Assembly: GCA_001627865.1 (NCBI GenBank)
Contig: LUQO01000013.1
Location: forward strand, 44,714 to 108,713
DNA from: SAR324 cluster bacterium REDSEA-S27_B3
GTDB lineage: Bacteria > SAR324 > NAC60-12
Direction of reading: 5' to 3'
Length of the DNA: 64,000 nucleotides
Within the stretch, counting starts at the first letter, position 1, and each line of letters starts with the position of its first letter. Positions 54,455-62,995 of this stretch are shown piece by piece. The position numbers and the translations under genes were made by a program. The notes beneath the pieces were generated by a model. It saw only the letters and a program-made list of their open reading frames with translations. It had not been told where the DNA came from and made no database searches.

Positions 54455-54899
54455 TTGGCCTGAAAAAATAAAAAAATCAGGCACGGTTTTACTGATTATT
54501 TCTTTCGGACTGTTCCTGATTTCCTGCGGGACTGAAAGCAGCACTTCAGAAAGCAGCGCCACTGAAAGTTCCGCCTACAGTGACAATGGCACAACATTCA
54601 AAGTTACAGTAAGCTCATACAAATATTACATAGATGGATCTATGCAGACGTCATTGACCTTGAAACAGGGCTACACCTATTATTTTGACGCGACTGATTC
54701 AACAACCGATAATCATCCTTTATTTATCGGCACAACTTCAGCTGGAGGAAGCTATACTTATGAATATACTTCCGGAGTGACAAAAAGCCGTACCACAACA
54801 GAGACTTTAACCTTCATTGTTCCTTCAGACGCACCGTCGACTCTTTATTATAATTGCGGGAGTCACACCCTGATGGGCGGTATAATAAACATCATGTAG
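54432..54899 (+). CDS. Cupredoxin-like (type-1 copper site-like) lipoprotein
   Basis: Lipobox LISC, Ser/Thr-rich linker, C-terminal YYNCGSHTLMGG resembling the Cys-x2-His-x2-Met blue-copper loop, with upstream His (DNHPLF). Confidence 0.4.
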   Translation: MKVKKSINWPEKIKKSGTVLLIISFGLFLISCGTESSTSESSATESSAYSDNGTTFKVTVSSYKYYIDGSMQTSLTLKQGYTYYFDATDSTTDNHPLFIGTTSAGGSYTYEYTSGVTKSRTTTETLTFIVPSDAPSTLYYNCGSHTLMGGIINIM

Positions 54900-55022
54900 C
54901 CAGGTACCTTCTTTGTTTAAGTTCGGACTTCTATTCAAATGCCCGCAACTTGCCTGATTCTTGAAATACACAGCATGATAGTATATGTTAGGCAAAAATA
55001 ATCCAACCACTCAGGAAATATT

Positions 55023-55931
55023 ATGAAAAAAATTTTACTACTCTTCATTTGCCTCATTTATTTTACTTTTCCTCTGTTTGCTCAGTCAAATGCGTCCCAT
55101 GTCATTTACCGTTGGAATAATGGAACGAAGTATGTTGGAGAATGGAAGAATGGCAAAATGCACGGTCACGGTACATACACTTATGGAATCGGGGTCGGAG
55201 AAGGAGACAGGTATGTGGGTGAATACAGCAATGGAATCAGAAATGGTAAGGGAACCTACACCTGGTACAATGGAGACAGTTATACCGGAGAATTCAAGGG
55301 TGATTTACCAAATGGTCTGGGAACATATACATTCTCAGATGGTAGAAAGTACGTCGGAGGATGGCAGGATGGTAAAAGGGAAGGACACGGGACATACACA
55401 TTTCCTGATGGTGCCAGGTACGTAGGCGCATGGAAGAATGGATTGAGAAACGGCCATGGCACATTTACCTGGTCTGATGGCGAGAATTACGATGGAAACT
55501 GGAAAGATGGTAAAATGGAAGGTCATGGAACCTACACTTTTAACAGCGGCTCAAAGTATTTCGGTGAATGGCATGATGGCAAATGGGGAGGTCAAGGCAG
55601 ATTCACCTGGTTCAGCGGTGAAAAGTACGCAGGAAACTGGAAGGAAGGCAAGAGAAATGGTCAGGGAACACTCAACTGGCAAGGTGGTGATAAGTACGAG
55701 GGTGACTGGAAAGACGGAAAAAGGGCAGGACAGGGGACCCTCAATTATTCTGATGGAAGTATGTATCAAGGGGAATGGTTGGATGGAACATTGAATGGTC
55801 TGGGTACATTCACTTCCTTCGATGGAAGAAAATGGGTTGGTGAATTCAGGAATGACCAACCGTGGAATCTTACACTCTATGATAAATCAGGCAAAGTAAT
55901 CGAAAAGTGGTTTAACGGCAAGAAACAGTAA
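55023..55931 (+). CDS. MORN-repeat secreted protein (family member 4)
   Basis: Signal peptide, ~11 MORN units, C-terminal NDQPWNLTLYDKSGKVIEKWFNGKKQ. Confidence 0.65.
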   Translation: MKKILLLFICLIYFTFPLFAQSNASHVIYRWNNGTKYVGEWKNGKMHGHGTYTYGIGVGEGDRYVGEYSNGIRNGKGTYTWYNGDSYTGEFKGDLPNGLGTYTFSDGRKYVGGWQDGKREGHGTYTFPDGARYVGAWKNGLRNGHGTFTWSDGENYDGNWKDGKMEGHGTYTFNSGSKYFGEWHDGKWGGQGRFTWFSGEKYAGNWKEGKRNGQGTLNWQGGDKYEGDWKDGKRAGQGTLNYSDGSMYQGEWLDGTLNGLGTFTSFDGRKWVGEFRNDQPWNLTLYDKSGKVIEKWFNGKKQ

Positions 55932-55957
55932 TTCAATTCATTAATACCTCTTAGTTG

Positions 55958-56032
55958 CCCTCACCTCGACACTTCCTTTACTCTAACCCTCTCCCAGGGG
56001 GAGAGGGGGGACCGAATGCGGTGGGTGAGGGG
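55958..56032. repeat. Nested palindromic element CCCTCACC...CCCTCTCCC-aggg-GGAGAGGGG...GGTGAGGGG
   Basis: Inner perfect inverted repeat (ccctctccc/gggagaggg) nested in outer inverted repeat (ccctcacc/ggtgaggg), 27 nt after a MORN gene stop. A second copy sits at 59941-60016. Confidence 0.4.
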
Positions 56033-56553
56033 AAGATAACAATCCTCAGTCTCTGCATCCCGGAACAAACCCCAGGCAAAACACCAGGCACACTGCCGCA
56101 AGCCTCAAAGTATTTAACAAAAACAGCACAATCAGGAACATCCCATGCATAAACGGATTTAAGTCCTGATAAGAGAATAATCCAACCATTGCGGGGGAAT
56201 ATGCAAGTTGCAGATAAAAATGAATCAAATATGGACCCTAGAGTTTGTCCTAACTGTGGCGAGTCCTGTGAAAAAGAATATGAAACTGTTTTTGTTAACG
56301 GTCAGGAATACTGTGTTTGCTGTAATTCCAATATAGAACCGTGCTTTACAGAAGATGGTGTCACTGAGGAAATTTTCAGCGATGCTGGAGGAAATGAAAA
56401 CGTTTTCGCGGATTTTTTCGAAGAGCGGAGATTTCTCAATCCACAGTGATTTACTGCCTCCAACCTCCTGATTCAGCTTCCATTTAGTCTTTTTGGCATT
56501 TTCATTGCTGTTATTATATTTATCCACTTAAGTAACAGTTTATGGAGGTATCA

Positions 56554-56694
56554 TGAAAAATACAGAATGCATAATTTGTGGCGATCAGGTCATCAATCCA
56601 CTGCAAAAGCAGCAGTCTAAAAGACTGTATTGTTCTGAGAGGTGCGAACGTATTCCGTCTGTATTTCAGAAATGGAATGAATTCCAGGTCTGAT
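56554..56694 (+). CDS. Small zinc-ribbon protein (YacG-like C4 pattern), 46 aa
   Basis: RBS GGAGGT 5 nt upstream of ATG. MKNTECIICGDQV...LYCSERCERIP. Below the ORF-track length cutoff. Confidence 0.25.
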
Positions 56695-56869
56695 TGATCA
56701 GCTGATTAATTGCTTCAGATCTTCCCGGTAATAAAGTCCGCAAAAAAAATCCCTTTCAGTTTTGTTTATTGTTTAACTTTGCCGGAATAATAATGTCTTG
56801 TTATCACCTTCTGTATCTGATCAACTTTACAGAAAACATCTCTTAAAGTAATTCTTTCGGAGCATAGCA

Positions 56870-57481
56870 ATGATTGTCCTTATAATTGGAATTGTTATTT
56901 TCTTAGGTGTTCATTTAATCCCTCTCACAGACCTAAGAAATTCATTGATTGCAAGCATGGGGGAGAAAAAATACCAGGGCCTGTTTGCATTAATTTCTTT
57001 AGTCGGATTAGTAATCATTATCTATGGTTTCAGACAGATTGATGACTGCAATCCGATGATGGCAGATTGTGATACAGATAACATATTTCTCTGGGAGCCA
57101 TTTGCATACAGCAGGGAAATATCATTTCTTTTAATGCCGTTCAGCATAATTTTTATTGCTGCTTCATTAGTTCAATCAAATCTTACCAGGATCCTGCGTC
57201 ATCCAATGCTGATTGGTGTTTTAATCTGGTCATTTTGTCATTTACTTTCTAATGGTGATTTAAGATCAATCATTTTATTTGCGTCTTTAGGCGTGTATTC
57301 AATCATAGATATTATATACACCAGGAAAGCTGCTCCGCCTGCAATCAGTTTTCCTGCTTCAAAAGACGCGATGGTCATTGCTTCCGGCTTAATTGCTTAT
57401 TCTGTTTTACTGTATTTTCACCAATATGTTTCAGGAGAGCAGATAGTTGAAAAAAACAATTTGTTCTTTTTCCTGCCGTAG
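56870..57481 (+). CDS. Polytopic membrane protein (NnrU-like family suspected)
   Basis: ~6 TM helices, 203 aa, no soluble domain. Confidence 0.4.
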   Translation: MIVLIIGIVIFLGVHLIPLTDLRNSLIASMGEKKYQGLFALISLVGLVIIIYGFRQIDDCNPMMADCDTDNIFLWEPFAYSREISFLLMPFSIIFIAASLVQSNLTRILRHPMLIGVLIWSFCHLLSNGDLRSIILFASLGVYSIIDIIYTRKAAPPAISFPASKDAMVIASGLIAYSVLLYFHQYVSGEQIVEKNNLFFFLP

Positions 57482-57557
57482 TAATTCACAATCTATCCCC
57501 ATTTCTTGTAAAATCTACAAGATTATGGTATATCATGGGTTCTCCTGATCTAATTTT

Positions 57558-58718
57558 TTGGCGAATCCCATGAAATATATACTCCTCACATTTACATTTC
57601 TTTTTCTGTTATCCCCTCTCTTTGGCCAGTCCGAAGAGAGTATTCAGTTTGAAACATTTTATCAGGAAGCGAAAACCGACAATTCCGGAGATGCCACTAA
57701 ACAGGAGCTTAAACCTGAACAGGAAAAACTTCCTGAAACTGAACCTGACACAGAACCGGGTCCGTTGTCTGATCCGGATCCTTCCCCGCTGACAATTACA
57801 GAACCTGAGGTTTTGCTTGATCCAACAGCTGATGCAGAACCTGAGCCTGTTGCCGGACCACAGCCGGAGCAAACACCTGTCGAGGAACCTCTAATAGTAA
57901 CTGACACGGAAGCTGAATCTGAAAAGGATTCCGGAAAATCGGAATCTTCACCGCAACAATCCGGGAATGAATCTGAAGCTGCGCCAGAGGAAAAACGGCA
58001 TGGAGCTTTGTTTTACCGTCAGCAGAATGGCGCCTGGGGATGGTATGAATATGGAGATGAAGACAAGGATGGTAAATATGTGGGAGACATTGTAAATATG
58101 AAACCAAACGGTTACGGAACATTTGTTTATGGTAAAGGGAAATGGGAGGGAGACAAGTACGAAGGACAGTGGAATGATGGTGAATATCATGGGCAGGGCA
58201 TTTTCATTAGCGAAAGCGGGCAGAAGTTCAAGGGTGAATGGCAGCACAGTGTTCCCTGGAACATTACCGGTTACGACAAATTTGGGAAAATAATCAAAAA
58301 GTATAGAAATGGCGTACAGGTATTTGTCCGGAAAAAAACTGTGTCAGCGAAGAAATCTGTGGTTAAAAAAAGAACAAGAGGAATACTTTACAGGGAAGTC
58401 CCTCGTTCAAAATGGGAGCGCGGAGGGAAAAAGTGGATGAGTAACGGTGACGAAAAAATTCATGGGAAATATGAAGGAGACATATTGGACGGTCTTCCGG
58501 ACGGATATGGTACGTACACCTGGTACAATGTGGAAAAATATGAAGGAGAATTCAAGAGAGGTTTTTTCCATGGTCAGGGAAAATTTACCTACCTGAGTGG
58601 ACTTACCGTGGAAGGCGAATTCAGGAAACAAAGGGAATGGAACACCATGCGCGTTGAAGAAAACGGGGAGGCTTCCGGAAAGTACGTCAATGGCAGATAC
58701 TATCCTTTGAAACCCTGA
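57558..58718 (+). CDS. MORN-repeat secreted protein with Pro/Glu-rich linker (family member 5)
   Basis: Signal peptide. Acidic P/E-rich low-complexity segment. Two MORN blocks, each ending with the PWN(I)T...YDKFGK..KKY motif. Confidence 0.6.
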   Translation: MANPMKYILLTFTFLFLLSPLFGQSEESIQFETFYQEAKTDNSGDATKQELKPEQEKLPETEPDTEPGPLSDPDPSPLTITEPEVLLDPTADAEPEPVAGPQPEQTPVEEPLIVTDTEAESEKDSGKSESSPQQSGNESEAAPEEKRHGALFYRQQNGAWGWYEYGDEDKDGKYVGDIVNMKPNGYGTFVYGKGKWEGDKYEGQWNDGEYHGQGIFISESGQKFKGEWQHSVPWNITGYDKFGKIIKKYRNGVQVFVRKKTVSAKKSVVKKRTRGILYREVPRSKWERGGKKWMSNGDEKIHGKYEGDILDGLPDGYGTYTWYNVEKYEGEFKRGFFHGQGKFTYLSGLTVEGEFRKQREWNTMRVEENGEASGKYVNGRYYPLKP

Positions 58719-58740
58719 AAACAGAGTCGCTTCCTGCTAT

Positions 58741-59124
58741 TTACGTTTTCATCATTTGCGACGAATGATGATGCTTGATTGGATTTTCACTCAGGGGGTC
58801 GATCAGAAAAGTAAATCTTGCAGGGACTTTTTTATCAGCACCTAAATAGAAAAAATATTTTCCTGTAAGTATAAATATATTCTCACTGACTTCATCTTCA
58901 AGAATAGAGTCATGCTGCAGCTCGACTGACGCTTTTTGTTCTTCAATAACTTTCTCAAAATATTCTTTTATCTGTTTTTGTTCTGAAAGTATTTCTACAG
59001 AAAAAGTTGGCATCATCACACAGCTTTTGTGATAGAGCCTCAATATACCCGATAAATTCCCCTCATTCAGATACTGATTCCAGCTGTGCAGTACTTCTAT
59101 TGTTTTAAACTTCACAATGTTCAT
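58741..59124 (-). CDS. NTF2-like (SnoaL/DUF4440-type) domain protein
   Basis: 127 aa with cone-shaped alpha+beta barrel sequence pattern; weak assignment. Confidence 0.4.
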   Translation of the reverse strand: MNIVKFKTIEVLHSWNQYLNEGNLSGILRLYHKSCVMMPTFSVEILSEQKQIKEYFEKVIEEQKASVELQHDSILEDEVSENIFILTGKYFFYLGADKKVPARFTFLIDPLSENPIKHHHSSQMMKT

Positions 59125-59168
59125 TTTCTAAATTGTTTCTTGATTCTGGCTTTTTGATTTAAAAAAAT

Positions 59169-59193
59169 GTCATTCCTGCGTAAGCGGGAATCC
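59169..59193. repeat. Weak palindromic GTCATTCC-TGCGTAAGC-GGGAATCC element
   Basis: Shares GTCATTCC / GGGAATC arms with repeats at 8.86 and 44.6-44.7 kb. Confidence 0.25.
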
Positions 59194-59940
59194 AGAGAAA
59201 TAATATTTGGAGATCACAAATTGTGATCTCCTATTCTGAAGATATTATGAAGCTAATGTATCTGCTAATTACCTTAACAGTACAAGGACGTGCGATGCTG
59301 ATCAAGAACTTTACGAGAAGATTACTACTTTTGTTCAGGAAAACTATTGAACCATTTCAGTTGTATCAGGAGATCATTAAAGTATTTGACCTGGATTTGG
59401 GGGCCATTTCATATTTCTCCACGTTTCACAAGCCATCATCATGCGTGATATTCCACTCAGCACAAATTTCTTGATCCTCATTGGCAGTTGCCATGTAGCC
59501 TTCTTTTAATATTTGCTTCTGATCAATCTCACGGACACGAATTAGTTTTCCCTTATAGCATTCGTAATGAACTCGGATTTGTTGGAGAATTCATACAATG
59601 GTTGTTTTAAATCTGCAGGAAGTGTGATATTAAGTCGAAAACTACTCATAATTCCCTTTATTGCAATTATTAGTATCCATGCTAATTATCCCCAAATGTT
59701 CTTAAACTTCAAGAAAAAACATGATTATGAAATCGACCATAGGTCAAGGACAATTTTTATGCAGATTGAAGGTGTTATATTTTGACTTTAACTGAATTAA
59801 TCATTCTGCTTTTATTAGCAAAATCAGTTTCAGACACCTCTAAGGTAAAATCCTCTGTTATTGTAAAATACCAGAAAAGGTGATATATATTTGGTGCACA
59901 TTATAGTCTTTCTAAATAAGGTTGATACATCTCCCGTTTA

Positions 59941-60016
59941 ACCCTCACCCCAACCCTCTCCCCGTGGGAGAGGGGGCCGCGATACCATAGCGAAGACGAA
60001 AGTGCAGTTGGTGAGG
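59941..60016. repeat. Nested palindromic element CCCTCACC-ccaa-CCCTCTCCCC-gtgg-GAGAGGGGG...GGTGAGGG (second copy)
   Basis: Same architecture as 55958-56032; ~65 nt upstream of the last MORN gene start. Confidence 0.4.
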
Positions 60017-60079
60017 GATGAGGAAACAAGACGCACAAAAGTTATTTAGGATCACTATAACGAACCATCAGTCAGCCAA

Positions 60080-61486
60080 ATGAAACACTTACTCATTATT
60101 TCTCTCCTGCTATTTCCTTTTACATTGTTCGCGCAGTCCAGGGAAACAGGAGACTTGTACCAATATAAAACTCCCTCAGGATATGTCTGGAAAACATTTG
60201 GAAAAGATAAAGTTCAGCCAAAATATGAAGGTGAGGTCACAGATGGAGCCCCGGACGGATTCGGTGTTTTGTCGTACCCATTTTCTTATGGCATTAGCGT
60301 AGTTGGTGAATGGAAGGCCGGCAAGGAGTGGTACACTGAACATTACAACAAGGAAGGAACACTGCTAGGAAAGTATGTCGATGGGAAATGGCTATTGATG
60401 TGGGGAGTTTTGTTTTATCGTTCCAAGGATGTGGAAGTCGAAGGATGGTATGAGAATGGTGATGAGAAAACGGAGAGGAAATATATTGGTGATGTAACAG
60501 ATTGGAAACCAAATGGTCAGGGAACAGAAACTTCACCTGATGGAGAGAAGTATGAAGGAGAATGGAAAGATGGGAAAAAACAAGGTCAGGGGAAACATAC
60601 TGAAGCTGATGGCTCAAAGTATCTAGGCGAATTTGTGGAGGGCAAAAGAAATGGATATGGCACTTTCACTTCATCTGCCGGTTCAAATTATGTAGGGAAA
60701 TGGAAAGATGGAGAAAAAAACGGTCAGGGGATCTTAACTTTAGCAGGCGGTTCAAAGTATGTAGGCGAATTCCTGGATGGCAAAAGAAATGGTCATGGAA
60801 CCTTTACCTGGCCTGATGGTGGAAAATATGAAGGAGAATGGAATGATGGGCTATTTCATGGTCGGGGAACAGTCACTTTAGCTGATGGAGAGAAGTATGA
60901 AGGAGAATGGAATAGTGGTGAAAAACATGGTCAGGGGACATACTCTTTTCTTGATGGGAGCAAGTACATGGGCGAGTTCCAGGGGAATGAACCCTGGAAT
61001 GTAACGTTTTACGACAAAGATCTTAATATCATCTGGAAGATGGTGAATGGAAAACAGGTTGATGATGTTTATATAGAAAAAAGTTTAAAAAATTTATTGA
61101 GCACAAATAATGGTGTAATGAAAAGTTGTTGGGGAATGGATTTGTTAAAATCTGATCAGACTTTATTCATCAAGCTGGATAAAAACAAAAAAGTGATTGG
61201 AGGTTATGTATTTGAGATATTGAAAAAATATGAAAATGTTACCGGCATTAAAATTAAATTTAAAATGGAAGAAAAATTTAAACATTGTCTGAAGAAAATG
61301 AAAAATGGTACAAATGATGTGATGGCAGGACTGCTTGAAAAAGGAGATAGAAATACTTATATGGATTATTATTACTGGGATGACGAAAATGAAGATCAAT
61401 TTAAACAAATTGTAATCTCGAAAAAAAGCCCATTTGCCAAAAATAGACATGAACTGAAAACATCATTGTATTTCATGAAGAATTAA
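60080..61486 (+). CDS. MORN-repeat secreted protein with distinct Lys-rich C-terminal domain (family member 6)
   Basis: Signal peptide, ~8 MORN units, conserved NEPWNVTFYDKDLNII motif, then ~150-aa non-MORN C-terminal extension. Confidence 0.6.
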   Translation: MKHLLIISLLLFPFTLFAQSRETGDLYQYKTPSGYVWKTFGKDKVQPKYEGEVTDGAPDGFGVLSYPFSYGISVVGEWKAGKEWYTEHYNKEGTLLGKYVDGKWLLMWGVLFYRSKDVEVEGWYENGDEKTERKYIGDVTDWKPNGQGTETSPDGEKYEGEWKDGKKQGQGKHTEADGSKYLGEFVEGKRNGYGTFTSSAGSNYVGKWKDGEKNGQGILTLAGGSKYVGEFLDGKRNGHGTFTWPDGGKYEGEWNDGLFHGRGTVTLADGEKYEGEWNSGEKHGQGTYSFLDGSKYMGEFQGNEPWNVTFYDKDLNIIWKMVNGKQVDDVYIEKSLKNLLSTNNGVMKSCWGMDLLKSDQTLFIKLDKNKKVIGGYVFEILKKYENVTGIKIKFKMEEKFKHCLKKMKNGTNDVMAGLLEKGDRNTYMDYYYWDDENEDQFKQIVISKKSPFAKNRHELKTSLYFMKN

Positions 61487-61634
61487 ACACCCCTGCTGCA
61501 TTCTGATTCCCATTCCTCGGTGGTTCTGATCACTCTCTATATAATGATTTTCTTGACTTAGTGACTTTTTAATTTCTGATTTGAAGGAAATTACTAAAAT
61601 ACATCCATCCGTGATTACGAATTATGAGTGAATA

Positions 61635-62939
61635 ATGAGCACGGGATTTCTAGAGCAGTTTGCCGAATGGGCAGCAAATAACCGGCTGAGCTGTCCATCA
61701 AAAGCTATAGAAGAAGCCCGACTTGCTTACATAGATACAATTGCCTGTATCATTGCAGGACAAGACCAGCCGCTTTCCACAAAAATACATCAATTAAACC
61801 AGTCGCTGCATTCTGAAAGTTCTGTGATGGGAACAGCAATGCTGTATGCCTGTCAGGCGGGAATCCTCGATTATGATGATTACGAGTCCGCTGGTTCTTC
61901 GCACCCCTCTGCTCCCATTATTGCCGCTGTGTTGGCATTTCTTGAGCAAAAAAAATTCACTGTTCAACAAGTATTAGAGGCATGGATTGCCGGCTATGAA
62001 ATCATAGTCAGAATGGGACAGTCACTGGGATACGATCACTATGAAAAAGGCTGGCATTCAACATCAACATTGGGCTCAATTGCGGCATCGGTTGCCATCG
62101 GACGCCTTATTAACTTATCTCCTCAAGAAATGCTCCGTGCAATGTCGCTGGCATCAAGTTCCTCAGCAGGCATGAAATTGCAGTTTGGCACAGAAGCAAA
62201 AGTTGTACATGAAGGACTCGCGGCGCAAGCAGGCATACAGGCAGCGCTGTTGGCACATCAGCGCGTCAGGGCTTATCCTGATTTTTATGATGGCCCTGAT
62301 GGATTTCGAATCCTGTATGGAACAAAAAACAGCAAACCGTTAAATCAATTAATCTCATCCATCACATTGGGGCATGGGAGCATTGACTTCCAGGCTATCC
62401 GTAAACCCTGGCCAGCATGTGCTTACACACAAAGAATTATAGAAGCAGGAGAAAAACTGCATCATCAGATTTCTTCATTAGCAGAGATTGCTCATGTGAT
62501 TATTAATATCCCGGAGCCGTGGATGAAGGTTGTTCGTTTTCATCGTCCCACCAGTGATGGCGAGGCCAGGTTCTCCAGCACATATTGTGTAATGATGGCC
62601 ATTCGTTCCGGAGCACTCGGCCCTGCAGATTTTACCAATGAAATTTTTCTCGATCCTGAGCGTCTGAAGCTGACCGATCTTGCCAGGGTGGAATCATTCC
62701 CTGTTACAAAAGGCTTTACTGAAATGAGCCCAGCTTTTCCTGATACGGTCACAATAGTGTTGAAAAATGGAGAAACAATCAGCGAAAATATTGGCCATGT
62801 AATGGGGGGAAAAGAGCGCCCCATGACCGCAGATGATTTAAAGCTAAAGTTTGAAAAATGCTCTAAAAACCTGAGTATGTTCGATCAAATATTGAATGCT
62901 GATTTATCTTCTGATGCGCAAAGTGTTTTGAGTTTTTAA
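61635..62939 (+). CDS. MmgE/PrpD-family protein (2-methylcitrate dehydratase-like)
   Basis: N-terminal EEARLAYIDTIACIIAG and overall 434-aa MmgE/PrpD architecture. Confidence 0.7.
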   Translation: MSTGFLEQFAEWAANNRLSCPSKAIEEARLAYIDTIACIIAGQDQPLSTKIHQLNQSLHSESSVMGTAMLYACQAGILDYDDYESAGSSHPSAPIIAAVLAFLEQKKFTVQQVLEAWIAGYEIIVRMGQSLGYDHYEKGWHSTSTLGSIAASVAIGRLINLSPQEMLRAMSLASSSSAGMKLQFGTEAKVVHEGLAAQAGIQAALLAHQRVRAYPDFYDGPDGFRILYGTKNSKPLNQLISSITLGHGSIDFQAIRKPWPACAYTQRIIEAGEKLHHQISSLAEIAHVIINIPEPWMKVVRFHRPTSDGEARFSSTYCVMMAIRSGALGPADFTNEIFLDPERLKLTDLARVESFPVTKGFTEMSPAFPDTVTIVLKNGETISENIGHVMGGKERPMTADDLKLKFEKCSKNLSMFDQILNADLSSDAQSVLSF

Positions 62940-62995
62940 GAATCTCATCCCATGTTATTGATAGCAGGTTTTCCAGCAAGTAAGGACAGGAATAA

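Noticed and set aside
52180-55859. Numerous minus-strand and alternative-frame ORFs inside the MORN genes (e.g. 52180-52506, 53590-53814, 55551-55859)
   Set aside because: Products are Pro/Ser-rich mirror translations of the highly repetitive MORN coding sequence. The plus-strand MORN frames carry signal peptides and the conserved family motifs.
44578-60016. Palindromic repeat clusters as possible CRISPR array
   Set aside because: Copies are few, irregularly spaced, differ in length and lie in separate intergenic regions; no cas genes. Treated as REP/MITE-like repeats.
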